Shown one piece after another: positions 8,348 to 17,927 of a DNA stretch of 64,000 bases. Positions within the stretch are counted from its first letter, which is position 1. Each line of letters opens with the position of its first letter. The stretch is from Bacteroidales bacterium (GTDB taxonomy: Bacteria; Bacteroidota; Bacteroidia; Bacteroidales; VadinHA17): the NCBI GenBank assembly GCA_034005245.1, contig JAVEVC010000002.1, positions 81,098-145,097 on the forward strand, written 5' to 3'. The notes under the pieces are model-generated. The model saw nothing but the letters and a program-made list of their open reading frames with translations. It searched no databases and was not told the origin of the DNA. The translations under genes and the position numbers were made by a program.

Positions 8348-8947
8348 ATGAAGAGGGTAAAACTTAAGGTATTAGGGATCTCTTACAGCCAGACTCAGTC
8401 AGGAGCTTATGCGCTGATACTCGTCGAGGAGGATGGGGAGCGACGTGTACCTATAATTATTGGCGGTTTTGAAGCACAGGCTATAGTAATACGACTTGAG
8501 AACCTTGAACCGCCCAGGCCTCTGACTCATGATCTTTTCAAGAATTTTGCCGATGAATTTAATATTGCCCTCATTGAAGTCATGATATATAAACTCGAGG
8601 AAGGAGTCTTCTATTCCAGGCTCCTTTGCAATAATGGCGAAAAAGAGGTTTCAATCGACAGCCGAACATCAGATGCAGTAGCTCTTGCGCTCAGATTCGG
8701 ATGCCCTATATATATCACCGAAGAAATCCTTGAAAAAGCAGGAATCACAATTTCTCCCGGAGCTGAACCAGAAAACCTGGCAGGCAATGAAAATGATGGA
8801 GTTGCAGATCTTGGAAGTTCAAAGTTTGATTCCTATTCCGATGAGGAACTCTATAAGATGATAGATGAGTCGATAAAGACCGAAGACTATGAACGGGCAG
8901 CAATCATCAGGGACGAAATTGAAAAACGAAAGAAGAAAAGGAAGTAA
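8348..8947 (+). CDS. bifunctional nuclease (DUF151/BFN) family protein with C-terminal UVR-like motif
   Basis: The core RVPIIIGGFEAQAIVIRLENLEPPRPLTHDL is typical of the BFN domain. The C-terminal EDYERAAIIRDEIEKRK resembles a UVR motif. Confidence 0.8.
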   Translation: MKRVKLKVLGISYSQTQSGAYALILVEEDGERRVPIIIGGFEAQAIVIRLENLEPPRPLTHDLFKNFADEFNIALIEVMIYKLEEGVFYSRLLCNNGEKEVSIDSRTSDAVALALRFGCPIYITEEILEKAGITISPGAEPENLAGNENDGVADLGSSKFDSYSDEELYKMIDESIKTEDYERAAIIRDEIEKRKKKRK

Positions 8948-9028
8948 GATAAAGATTCCAGAAAGCATCCCTGCACAATTCAAATAAATTAGCGATTGAA
9001 AAATTTTAAAGTACAAAATACGAAGCTG

Positions 9029-9050
9029 GCCTGAGAACAGGCATTTTTTT
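9029..9050 (+). terminator. weak intrinsic terminator after the nuclease gene
   Basis: GCCTG-AGAA-CAGGC (5-bp stem, tetraloop), then A and T7 (9044-9050). The stem is short. Confidence 0.4.
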
Positions 9051-9098
9051 AATATTTCAGTATCATGCTGATTGGAAACCTTGGTAAATTATAAATCA

Positions 9099-11048
9099 AT
9101 GAAACACTCACTGCTATTTATCACTTTCCTGATTATGGCTGTATGCCAGTCGCTGGCCAGGGATTATACAGTAACTTCACCTGACGGCAAGATCAGACTT
9201 GCTGTTAGTGTCGGAGAAGAAATACATTGGTCGGCTGCTTTTGAGGGCAGGGAAATAATAGGTAATTCAAAGGCAGCAATGCTTCTTGCTGATGGCAGGA
9301 CACTTGGTTCTAATGAGCGTATAAGAAGAGCGGTGACAGGCTCAGTGAACGAAATCATTAAACCGGATGTGCCTCATAAGCGGTCGGAAATAATGAATTA
9401 TTGCAGCACCCTTGAGTTGACATTCAGGTCGGGTTTTGCTCTACATTTCAGGGTTTTTAACGATGGGATTGCCTACAGGTTTGAGACATTGCTGAAAGGT
9501 GATGTAACTGTAACGAATGAAGTAGCTGACATAAGCTTCCCAATGGGATCGGAAGCATGGTACCCCCTGGAGCAAAGTTTTATGTCGCATAATGAGAGGC
9601 TGTATATTCATGCAGACCTTGATACCATTGGGCCTGCTCATCTGGCAAGCCTGCCGGCTCTGTTCCAGTCAAACGGCATCAAGGTTCTGATAACTGAATC
9701 AAATATAAAGGATTACCCCGGAATGTGGCTTCGGGGCAGCAACAACGGAAAGGTTACCGGTGTCTGGCCTGCATATCCTGCCAGTGAGGAACTGAAAAGC
9801 GACCGCGATCTGTTAGTAACTTCAAGAATGGATTATATTGCAAAAACAAACGGGGCCAGAACATTCCCGTGGCGCGTTTTTGCCATAGCACCTGAAGACG
9901 CTGACCTGATTGAAAATGACATGGTTTGGAAACTGGCAGACCCTAAAGCTTTTGTTGAGACTGACTGGATAAAGCCTGGAAAGGTGGCATGGGACTGGTG
10001 GAATGCAAACAATATTTTTGGTGTCGACTTCAGAGCAGGAATTAACAATGATACATATAAATATTACATAGATTTTGCATCAGCAAATGGTCTGGAATAC
10101 ATTATTCTTGATGAGGGATGGTACAGGATAGGAGGCTCCGTTCTTGAATCCGTACCTGAAATAAACGTCCCTGAACTCTGCAGTTATGGTGCTGAAAAGA
10201 ACGTGGGAGTGATACTCTGGGTCGTGTGGAAAACTTTTCATGACGAAATTGACAAAGCTGTTGCTCTGTATGAAAAATGGGGTGTGAAAGGGGTCAAGGT
10301 TGATTTTATGCAGAGGGATGACCAGAAGATGGTTAATTTCTATCATGAAGCTGCAAGAAAAACTGCAGAGCATCATCTTCTTATAGATTTTCACGGATCG
10401 TACAAGCCCGATGGTCTTGGACGAACCTATCCGAATGCCCTTACGCGGGAAGGTGTTATGGGGATGGAGAACAACAAATGGAGCCGCAATGTGGATCCCG
10501 AATTTGATGTTACCGCACCTTTTACCAGAATGGTTGCCGGTCCTATGGATTATACACCAGGTGCCATGGTAAACATGGACAGCGCAAACTTCACCCCACT
10601 GTTTACAAGGCCGGCAAGCCAGGGAACAAGAGTCCACCAGATGGCCCTGTATATCATCTTTGAAAGCCCTCTTCAGATGCTTTCAGATACTCCTTCAGCC
10701 TACATGAAGGAGCAGGAGTGTACAGATTTCATCGCTGACATACCGGTTGTATGGGACGACATCAGAGTCCTGAAGGCTAACCTGGGTGATTATCTTCTGC
10801 TTGCAAGGCGGTCGGGAAAGGAATGGCTTGTGGGAGGTATCACTGACTGGACTCCGAGGGAAATGGAACTTGATCTTTCGTTTCTTCCTGCGGGAGAATA
10901 TCATATGGACATCTTTCGCGATGGCATAAATGCTGACAGGCATGCCCAGGATTTCAGGCATATTAAAGCAAGTGTGACAAGCGGAGAAAAAATGAAGATT
11001 AACCTGGCCCCGGGAGGAGGATGGGTGGCAAGAATAACGCCCAGATAG
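9099..11048 (+). CDS. glycoside hydrolase family 97 (SusB-like alpha-glucosidase/alpha-galactosidase)
   Basis: About 650 aa with a signal peptide (MKHSLLFITFLIMAV). It has the GH97-typical N-terminal beta-sandwich (YTVTSPDGKIRLAV...) and a TIM-barrel region (GLEYIILDEGW..., GVKGVKVDFMQRDDQ, LIDFHG). The track ORF starts at a TTG (9072), and the ATG at 9099 precedes the signal peptide. Confidence 0.85.
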   Translation: MKHSLLFITFLIMAVCQSLARDYTVTSPDGKIRLAVSVGEEIHWSAAFEGREIIGNSKAAMLLADGRTLGSNERIRRAVTGSVNEIIKPDVPHKRSEIMNYCSTLELTFRSGFALHFRVFNDGIAYRFETLLKGDVTVTNEVADISFPMGSEAWYPLEQSFMSHNERLYIHADLDTIGPAHLASLPALFQSNGIKVLITESNIKDYPGMWLRGSNNGKVTGVWPAYPASEELKSDRDLLVTSRMDYIAKTNGARTFPWRVFAIAPEDADLIENDMVWKLADPKAFVETDWIKPGKVAWDWWNANNIFGVDFRAGINNDTYKYYIDFASANGLEYIILDEGWYRIGGSVLESVPEINVPELCSYGAEKNVGVILWVVWKTFHDEIDKAVALYEKWGVKGVKVDFMQRDDQKMVNFYHEAARKTAEHHLLIDFHGSYKPDGLGRTYPNALTREGVMGMENNKWSRNVDPEFDVTAPFTRMVAGPMDYTPGAMVNMDSANFTPLFTRPASQGTRVHQMALYIIFESPLQMLSDTPSAYMKEQECTDFIADIPVVWDDIRVLKANLGDYLLLARRSGKEWLVGGITDWTPREMELDLSFLPAGEYHMDIFRDGINADRHAQDFRHIKASVTSGEKMKINLAPGGGWVARITPR

Positions 11049-11069
11049 GAGTTAATTACAGGATTTTTT

Positions 11070-11864
11070 ATGAAACAGTATTTAGAGCTTCTTGAATATG
11101 TTGTTCAGAAAGGAGTCAGAAAGGAAGACAGGACCGGAACCGGAACAATAAGTGTGTTCGGGTACCAGATGCGGTTTAACCTGGAAGACGGCTTCCCGCT
11201 TCTTACAACCAAGAAGCTTCATCTGAAATCAATAATCCATGAACTTTTGTGGTTTATTTCGGGAGATACCAACATCAGGTATCTAAAGGATAACGGAGTC
11301 AGGATATGGGATGAATGGGCCGACAGCGAAGGGAACCTTGGACCTGTGTATGGTTATCAGTGGAGATCGTGGCCGGCAGCTGACGGAAGAAAAATTGACC
11401 AGCTGAGAAATGTTGTGGATTCAATAAAAGGATATCCCGATTCAAGGCGCCATATTGTAAGCGCATGGAATGCCGGAGAAATTGATGAGATGATATTGCC
11501 TCCGTGCCACATCCTTTTTCAGTTCTATGTTGCACAGGGTAAACTGTCGTGTCAGCTTTATCAGAGAAGCTGTGACATCTTCCTCGGAGTTCCGTTCAAT
11601 ATAGCATCCTATGCTCTTTTAACTCTCATGATGGCCCAGGTTACAGGATTGAAACCGGGTGAGTTTATTCATACCCTCGGGGATGCACATATTTACCTTA
11701 ACCACATTGACCAGGTTAAGCTTCAGCTTACCAGGCAACCTTTCAAATTGCCGGTGATGACATTGAATACTGCTGTTAAGGAAATAACAGAGTTCAGGTT
11801 TGATGATTTCACACTTTCGGATTATACCGCTCACCCTCATATTAAAGGAGAAATATCAGTTTAA
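11070..11864 (+). CDS. thyA: thymidylate synthase (ThyA type)
   Basis: [31 protein letters not shown]..., the active-site motif LPPCH and DAHIY. The protein is 264 aa. Confidence 0.95.
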   Translation: MKQYLELLEYVVQKGVRKEDRTGTGTISVFGYQMRFNLEDGFPLLTTKKLHLKSIIHELLWFISGDTNIRYLKDNGVRIWDEWADSEGNLGPVYGYQWRSWPAADGRKIDQLRNVVDSIKGYPDSRRHIVSAWNAGEIDEMILPPCHILFQFYVAQGKLSCQLYQRSCDIFLGVPFNIASYALLTLMMAQVTGLKPGEFIHTLGDAHIYLNHIDQVKLQLTRQPFKLPVMTLNTAVKEITEFRFDDFTLSDYTAHPHIKGEISV

Positions 11865-12367
11865 TGCAGGTTATTATGATTTCTATTATTGTTGCAGTTT
11901 CCGATGACTGGGGTATTGGCATGAACAATGACCTTCTCTGGCATATTCCTGAAGATCTGAAAAGGTTCAAGAAGCTAACCATGGGCAAAACAATAATTAT
12001 GGGCAAGAGAACATGGGAGTCCCTGCCCAGAAGACCTCTTCCGGGGCGAAAAAATATAGTGCTTACCGATATCCCTGATGAATGCATTGATTGTTCGGTA
12101 ACAGCCTATTCTATTGAGGACGCCCTGGGCAAATGTGAACAGGATGAAGAGATTTTCGTCATTGGCGGAGGCTCGGTTTACAGGCAGTTCATGCCCATTG
12201 CCGACAGATTGTATATTACTCATGTTCACAAAGAAGCTCCTGCTGATGTCTGGTTCCCGAAGATCGACCGGAGGAAATGGAAGATTATTGAAAAGGAGGA
12301 ATGTATATCTGAAGATGAGAACCGTATTCCATATACCTATGTGGTATATGGAAGAAAGAGGATCTGA
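11864..12367 (+). CDS. folA: dihydrofolate reductase
   Basis: ISIIVAVSDDWGIGMNNDLLW...TIIMGKRTWESLP...VIGGGSVY are classic DHFR motifs. The ATG overlaps the thyA stop (TAATG). An alternative ATG at 11876 is also possible. Confidence 0.9.
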   Translation: MQVIMISIIVAVSDDWGIGMNNDLLWHIPEDLKRFKKLTMGKTIIMGKRTWESLPRRPLPGRKNIVLTDIPDECIDCSVTAYSIEDALGKCEQDEEIFVIGGGSVYRQFMPIADRLYITHVHKEAPADVWFPKIDRRKWKIIEKEECISEDENRIPYTYVVYGRKRI

Positions 12368-12528
12368 AGAATAGATCACGGACAATAATGTATTGTAGTT
12401 CAAATAGATAACGCAATAGATTAACTGGTCTGACCACTCCTTGGTTCAGGTTACATCATTGGATTTATGGGATAATATAATTGGAAGTGCTCTGTGGCTT
12501 GCAGCTTTATTTCTGATATCTGCACGAT

Positions 12529-13743
12529 TTACGATACCTTCAGGACCTTCATATCTATCCTGGCCAGCTTGTGCATTGCATAATCAGTGGTAATTACAAG
12601 TTCTTTGGTCTTTGATGAAGGTGACTCGTACATAGCATCAAGCATTATTGCCTCGCATATAGATCTGAGACCTCTGGCGCCAAGCTTGAATTCAATTGAT
12701 TTATCGACAATTAAATCCAGAACATCATCGGTGAATGTAAGATCTACTTCATCCATCTTGAAGAGCTTTATATATTGCTTGATAATTGCATTTTTAGGTT
12801 CGGTAAGAATAGCCCTGAGGGCTTCCCTGTTCAGGGGATCAAGATGGGTAAGGACAGGGAGTCTTCCCACAATCTCAGGGATTAGTCCGTAAGCTCGGAG
12901 ATCCTGAGGAGCTATATACTGAAGAAGGTTATCCTTGTCGACTTTTTCCCTGCTTTTTGAAGCTCCGTACCCAACGATCTGTGTATTCAGCCGGCGGGCA
13001 ATTGTTTTTTGTATTCCTTCGAAGGCTCCTCCGCAGATGAAAAGGATATTCTTTGTATCGACTGGTATCATTTTCTGTTCAGGATGCTTGCGTCCTCCCT
13101 GGGGTGGAACGTTGACTACTGATCCTTCCAGAAGCTTAAGAAGCCCCTGCTGGACTCCTTCGCCCGATACGTCGCGGGTTATAGACGGATTATCTCCTTT
13201 TCTGGCTATTTTATCTATTTCGTCTATGAATACGATGCCTTTTTCTGCAGCTTTTACGTCGTAATCGGCATTTTGCAGGAGGCGGGTAAGAAGGCTCTCA
13301 ATATCTTCCCCCACATAACCGGCTTCAGTAAGGACTGTGGCATCGACTATTGTAAAGGGCACGTGGAGCATTTTTGCGACTGTTCTTGCCAGAAGGGTTT
13401 TTCCGGTACCAGTTTCGCCTACAAGGATGATATTTGATTTTTCAATCTCAATATCTTCGCTGTCAGGCTTTTGCATGAGGCGCTTGTAGTGGTTGTAAAC
13501 AGCAACGGAGATGATCTTTTTTGCCATTTCCTGCCCGATCACGTACTGATCAAGAAAGTGTTTTATTTCAGCAGGTTTAAGGAGGTTTATAGCATCGAAT
13601 GAAACTGTTCTCTTTTTGCCAAGTTCCTCGTTCATGATGCCATAGGCCTGCTCAATGCAATGGTCGCAGATATGTCCTTCAAGGCCTGCAACGAGCATGT
13701 TGACCTCTCTCTTGGTTCTTCCGCAAAAAGAGCATTTGTCCAT
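12529..13743 (-). CDS. clpX: ATP-dependent Clp protease ATP-binding subunit ClpX
   Basis: It has the N-terminal zinc finger CSFCGR...CDHC, Walker A GETGTGKT and Walker B IVFIDEIDK. Confidence 0.95.
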   Translation of the reverse strand: MDKCSFCGRTKREVNMLVAGLEGHICDHCIEQAYGIMNEELGKKRTVSFDAINLLKPAEIKHFLDQYVIGQEMAKKIISVAVYNHYKRLMQKPDSEDIEIEKSNIILVGETGTGKTLLARTVAKMLHVPFTIVDATVLTEAGYVGEDIESLLTRLLQNADYDVKAAEKGIVFIDEIDKIARKGDNPSITRDVSGEGVQQGLLKLLEGSVVNVPPQGGRKHPEQKMIPVDTKNILFICGGAFEGIQKTIARRLNTQIVGYGASKSREKVDKDNLLQYIAPQDLRAYGLIPEIVGRLPVLTHLDPLNREALRAILTEPKNAIIKQYIKLFKMDEVDLTFTDDVLDLIVDKSIEFKLGARGLRSICEAIMLDAMYESPSSKTKELVITTDYAMHKLARIDMKVLKVS

Positions 13744-13748
13744 TGGTT

Positions 13749-14429
13749 TTATTCCTTGTGGGTCTTCTGGAGGATTTCGTCGATCATTCCGTAGTCTTTA
13801 GCCTCTGTAGCTGTCATCCAGTGATCCCTGTCGGAATCTTTCTCCACTTTATCAGGGGGATTTCCCGAATGAAACGCAAGAATTTCGTAGAGTTCTTTTT
13901 TAATCTTCAGTATTTCGCGTGCCTGTATCTCAATATCAGAAGCCTGTCCTTCAAAACCTCCCATGGGCTGGTGTATCATTATCCTTGAATGCTTCAGGGC
14001 AGAACGCTTCCCTTTCTTTCCTGCAGCAAGCAATATTGCTCCCATGGAAGCGGCCATTCCGGTGCAGATTGTAGCTATGTCGGCAGATATGTACTGCATG
14101 GTATCGTAAATACCAAGGCCGGCATGGACCGATCCGCCGGGGGTATTGAAATAGATCTGGATGTCTTTACCTGGGTCTGTGGAGTCGAGATAAAGTAACT
14201 GAGCCTGAATTATGTTGGCAACATAATCATCTATGGGAAGGCCAAGGAAGATTATGCGATCCATCATCAGCCTGGAAAAAACGTCCATTGATGCTACGTT
14301 TAATTGTCGTTCTTCAATGATAGTGGGAGATATATAACTGCTCCAAATTGAAGTATATTTATGCAGGCCAAGACTGTTTATTCCATGTTTGCTGGCAGCA
14401 TATTTTTCAAAATCGTTCTTCATGGTCAT
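13749..14429 (-). CDS. clpP: ATP-dependent Clp protease proteolytic subunit ClpP
   Basis: It contains the catalytic-Ser region [12 protein letters not shown] and the catalytic-His region MIHQP. It ends 5 nt upstream of clpX. Confidence 0.95.
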   Translation of the reverse strand: MTMKNDFEKYAASKHGINSLGLHKYTSIWSSYISPTIIEERQLNVASMDVFSRLMMDRIIFLGLPIDDYVANIIQAQLLYLDSTDPGKDIQIYFNTPGGSVHAGLGIYDTMQYISADIATICTGMAASMGAILLAAGKKGKRSALKHSRIMIHQPMGGFEGQASDIEIQAREILKIKKELYEILAFHSGNPPDKVEKDSDRDHWMTATEAKDYGMIDEILQKTHKE

Positions 14430-14453
14430 AATTAAATCCTTTTAATGCTGTAA

Positions 14454-14461
14454 CAAAGATA
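14454..14461 (-). promoter_or_regulatory. candidate -7 promoter box (TATCTTTG on the minus strand) for clpP
   Basis: Plus-strand CAAAGATA is the reverse complement of TAnnTTTG, 25 nt upstream of the clpP ATG. A 6-bp hairpin (TCAATG/CATTGA, 14478-14494) plus a T-rich stretch lies between the tig stop and this box. Confidence 0.35.
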
Positions 14462-14497
14462 CAAAAATAAAACCTCATCAATGCAATTCATTGATTT

Positions 14498-15847
14498 CTA
14501 TTCAAAAAGCTTATTGAATCCGTCAATCGTAACTGTTTTGTTTTCAATTTTAACAAGCTCTCTTATAAACGAGATAACCTTATCTTCAAGTATTTTCTCA
14601 GCTATTCTTTTTGCATCATCTTCCCGTTTCAGGGTTTCTTTGGCGTAATTTGTAACCTGTTCATCAGTAGCATAGAAGAGACCGTACTGTCGGAACTGAT
14701 ATCTGGTAATATTCTCTGCCTCCCTCAGAAGTTCCTCTTCACTTATTTTCATTTCATTCTGCCTGGCAATTTTGTTCCTTATCAACTGCCATTTAAGATC
14801 GTGTTTGAACGAATCAAATTCTTTTTCAATCTGTTCAGCGTTTGTATTTTCATTTGCTTTCAGAAGCCATTTTTTCAGGAAATCCTCAGGAAGGTTGAAG
14901 CCCGACTTCTCGATAGCAAGCTTTTTCAGGTCGAGAGAAAGCTTATATTCACTTTCCTTATTAAGATTAACGGCTATTTCATCCTCAATTTTTTTCAGGA
15001 ATTCATTTTCAGAAGATATTATCCCTTCTCCGTAGATCTTGTCGAAAAGCTCCTGGTTAATCTCAGCTTCTGAAAAGCGGCTTATTTCATTTACTGTAAA
15101 CCTGAAATTCCCGTTGATTTCCCCGACTTCCTCCCTTTGTCTTTTTAGAAGGGCGGATATCTCATTATCGTTCGGTAAGGCCTTTCTGAGGTCAAAATCA
15201 ATAGTCTCTCCTTCCGATTTCCCGATGAATGCTTTTTTAATTTCTTCATCCTTAACTACATCAATGCTGAGAGTTGTATCGTCGGCAAAGATTCCTTCAG
15301 GGACAGGGTTATTGTCGTCAGTCAGGGCTTCGATCCTTCCCCTGAGCATATCTTTCTCCTCAGAGAGGCTTACCCTGTTGAATTTTCCGTAACGGCGCCT
15401 GTAGTTTTGAAGGTATTCATTCTTCATTTTATCATCCACCTCAATCTCGTAAAAGTCTACCTTGTTCTTCTTTGAAAGGTTTACATCGAAGGAAGGGGCA
15501 AGCCCGAGCTCAAAAGAGAAGGTGAATGAATCCTGGGTGTCAAAGTCAATATGCAGTTCATCATCGGTTTCGGGCAACGGATCCCCGAGTATTTCAATCT
15601 TTTCGTCGGTGAGATATTTCTGTATGCTTTCAGTGACAAGCTTATTCAATTCGTCAACCTGAACTGCCTTGCCGTACATCTTCCTTATAATTTCTATGGG
15701 GACCATTCCAGGACGGAATCCTTTGATAGCAGCTTTTTTTCGGTAGTCTCTCAGCACTTTTTCAGCTTTAACCTGAAAATCAGATTTATCAACCTGTACT
15801 TTCAGTATTGCATTCAGGTCGCCGGTGTTTTCTCTGGTGATATTCAT
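14498..15847 (-). CDS. tig: trigger factor
   Basis: It reads MNITRENTGDLNAILKVQV...KGFRPGMVPIEIIRKMYG (ribosome-binding and PPIase-like domains). The ATG at 15847 gives 449 aa. The longer track ORF (start 15913) would abut the tRNA and translate through a hairpin, so I reject it. Confidence 0.9.
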   Translation of the reverse strand: MNITRENTGDLNAILKVQVDKSDFQVKAEKVLRDYRKKAAIKGFRPGMVPIEIIRKMYGKAVQVDELNKLVTESIQKYLTDEKIEILGDPLPETDDELHIDFDTQDSFTFSFELGLAPSFDVNLSKKNKVDFYEIEVDDKMKNEYLQNYRRRYGKFNRVSLSEEKDMLRGRIEALTDDNNPVPEGIFADDTTLSIDVVKDEEIKKAFIGKSEGETIDFDLRKALPNDNEISALLKRQREEVGEINGNFRFTVNEISRFSEAEINQELFDKIYGEGIISSENEFLKKIEDEIAVNLNKESEYKLSLDLKKLAIEKSGFNLPEDFLKKWLLKANENTNAEQIEKEFDSFKHDLKWQLIRNKIARQNEMKISEEELLREAENITRYQFRQYGLFYATDEQVTNYAKETLKREDDAKRIAEKILEDKVISFIRELVKIENKTVTIDGFNKLFE

Positions 15848-15868
15848 TTCAATCTGGTTAAATGATTC

Positions 15869-15910
15869 AAAAAACCGCCAAAACGCACACTCAATGATCG
15901 TTATAGGCGG
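15869..15910 (-). terminator. terminator-like structure between tRNA-Leu and tig
   Basis: The minus strand reads CCGCC-TAT-AACG-[13 nt]-CGTT-TT-GGCGG followed by T6 (plus-strand A6 at 15869-15874). The interrupted stem makes this only moderately convincing. Confidence 0.35.
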
Positions 15911-15919
15911 CATTCATTA

Positions 15920-16005
15920 TGGTGCGGATGAAGGGACTCGAACCCCCACGTCATAAAGACACAAGATCCTAAGTCTTGCTCGGCTACCAATTACGACACA
16001 TCCGC
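15920..16005 (-). tRNA. tRNA-Leu (anticodon UAG)
   Basis: The minus strand reads GCGGATGTGTCGTAATTGGTAGCCGAGCAAGACTTAGGATCTTGTGTCTTTATGACGTGGGGGTTCGAGTCCCTTCATCCGCACCA. It shows a 7-bp acceptor stem, anticodon stem CAAGA/TCTTG with loop CTTAGGA (TAG), the long variable arm typical of Leu, a GTTCGAGT T-loop and an encoded CCA. Confidence 0.88.
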
Positions 16006-16016
16006 AAAAATCTCCG

Positions 16017-16024
16017 CAAAAGTA
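16017..16024 (-). promoter_or_regulatory. candidate -7 promoter box (TACTTTTG on the minus strand) for tRNA-Leu
   Basis: Plus-strand CAAAAGTA is the reverse complement of TAnnTTTG and ends 12 nt upstream of the tRNA 5' end. Confidence 0.4.
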
Positions 16025-16053
16025 GGGAAAATTATTATCAAAACAAACCAGGT

Positions 16054-16779
16054 TTATCTGCGCAGTTCAAAGTTCTTTCCCAGATAGACTTTTCTTACAT
16101 GCTCATCGTCAGCAAGTTCAGAAGCAGTTCCCGACATCATGATCCGTCCCTCAAACAGAAGGTATGCCCGATCGGTAATGGAGAGAGTTTCATGAACATT
16201 GTGGTCGGTGATAAGTATCCCTATATTCTTTTCTTTAAGTTTTGATACTATGTCCTGGATGTCTTCGACAGCAATGGGATCCACTCCTGCAAAAGGTTCA
16301 TCGAGGAGTATGAATTTTGGCTTCAGTGATAAGGCTCTTGCGATTTCCGTACGCCTTCTTTCCCCGCCGGAAAGCTGTATTCCCTTGCTTTTTCTTATCT
16401 TTTGCAGGCCGAATTCATCAAGCAGGTTTTCAAGCCTTTCTTCCTGCTCCTTTTTTGTCATAGGCGACATTTCAAGTACAGCCTTTATATTATCTTCCAC
16501 CGACATGTTCCTGAATACTGAAGCTTCCTGGGCAAGGTATCCGATGCCAAGCCTGGCCCGCTTATATACCGGAAGTGCTGTTATCTCTTCAGTGTCGAGA
16601 AATATCCTTCCTTCGCTTGGCCTGATAAGACCTACGATCATGTAGAAGGTGGTGGTTTTGCCTGCCCCGTTGGGGCCAAGCAATCCAACAATCTCACCCT
16701 GCTCGACATTTACCGAAACATGGTCCACAACCGTTCTGCTACGATATTTTTTTACAAGATTGCTAGTGTATAATTTCAT
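16054..16779 (-). CDS. lptB: LPS export ABC transporter ATP-binding protein LptB
   Basis: It has Walker [10 protein letters not shown], signature LSGGERRR and Walker B FILLDEP. The ATG at 16779 gives 241 aa, the same length as E. coli LptB. Confidence 0.9.
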   Translation of the reverse strand: MKLYTSNLVKKYRSRTVVDHVSVNVEQGEIVGLLGPNGAGKTTTFYMIVGLIRPSEGRIFLDTEEITALPVYKRARLGIGYLAQEASVFRNMSVEDNIKAVLEMSPMTKKEQEERLENLLDEFGLQKIRKSKGIQLSGGERRRTEIARALSLKPKFILLDEPFAGVDPIAVEDIQDIVSKLKEKNIGILITDHNVHETLSITDRAYLLFEGRIMMSGTASELADDEHVRKVYLGKNFELRR

Positions 16780-16811
16780 CCTGTGATCTGGCTTTAAGCG
16801 CATCATTGCTT

Positions 16812-17660
16812 TCAGGCCTCATCCTTCATGAATTCAGCATGATGTTTTTCCTTTTGTTTTATAACGCGTTTGGAAATGACGATGCCTATCTCGTACAGGC
16901 CCAGAAGCGGTATGCACACAAGCATCTGGGAAAATACATCGGGCGGCGTTATTATCGCAGCTAAAACGACGATTACAAGAATGGCATGCTTCCGGTATTT
17001 CTTTAGGAACTCAGGTGTTACAATCCCAACCTTGGTAAGGAAAAAAGTCAGGATTGGCAGTTCAAAAATGAGCCCTGTGGCAAGACAGATTGATGTTAAT
17101 GTGCCAATGTATGACCTTATATTGATTTGGTTTACAACATCGGGGCTGACATCGTAAGTGCTTAAAAAATGGATAGACAGAGGTGCCAGAGCGAAATAGC
17201 CAAAAAGGACCCCGGTAAAAAAGAGAAGAGAAGCTGCCAGCACGGCTCCCCTGGAATATTTTCTTTCATTGGCATGAAGAGCAGGTTTGAAGAACTGCCA
17301 GAATTCCCACAGGACATAGGGAAATGCAAGTATTAATCCTGAGACAAGCGCTACGGTAATATGGGTGGTAAGCTGTCCGGCCATTTTTATGTTTATGATA
17401 TTGAAAGGCCTGGTATTGATGCATAACGCAGGCATGTTCAATAACTGGCCAATATTACAGAGAGTCCTGTTTGTAAAAAAATCGGGATCTCTCGGCGCAA
17501 GAATGATCTCATCGAAAATTACATTCTTAAATACAAACGCAACTATCATCAACACGACGATAGCTAATATTGATCTTATTATATGCCAGCGAAGTTCTTC
17601 GAGATGTTCGAGAAACGACATCTCCCCTTCGCTTTCGCCTTTCTTCTTTTTTAGTGCCAT
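16812..17660 (-). CDS. tatC: twin-arginine translocase subunit TatC
   Basis: It contains [18 protein letters not shown] and six TM helices. The track ORF starts at a TTG (17687), and the ATG at 17660 is more likely. No tatA is visible nearby. Confidence 0.9.
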   Translation of the reverse strand: MALKKKKGESEGEMSFLEHLEELRWHIIRSILAIVVLMIVAFVFKNVIFDEIILAPRDPDFFTNRTLCNIGQLLNMPALCINTRPFNIINIKMAGQLTTHITVALVSGLILAFPYVLWEFWQFFKPALHANERKYSRGAVLAASLLFFTGVLFGYFALAPLSIHFLSTYDVSPDVVNQINIRSYIGTLTSICLATGLIFELPILTFFLTKVGIVTPEFLKKYRKHAILVIVVLAAIITPPDVFSQMLVCIPLLGLYEIGIVISKRVIKQKEKHHAEFMKDEA

Positions 17661-17927
17661 TGCCCTGAAGAATAAAAATGTCCACAAAATCCAGCCTGTA
17701 AAGATGATAAATCTTCTCTTTCAAAACAACATCATTTTCTTATGAGTAAAAACATTTCGTTTCCAGGTTTCTTATGGCATACCTCCGTAATCCTCATCCA
17801 GGTAGCTTAAAACCCAATATTGTTAATTAAAAGTTAAATATGGTAAATGAAAAAGAATTTTTATAACTTTATTAAAATATAGGTTAAAAACACATCAAGG
17901 AATAGAATTGATCATTCGGGAAAGATT

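Noticed and set aside
15920-16005. tRNA-Leu as a possible integration hotspot marking a genomic island.
   Set aside because: Both flanks are core genes (lptB on one side, tig-clpP-clpX on the other). There is no integrase, and I saw no direct repeat of the tRNA 3' end nearby.
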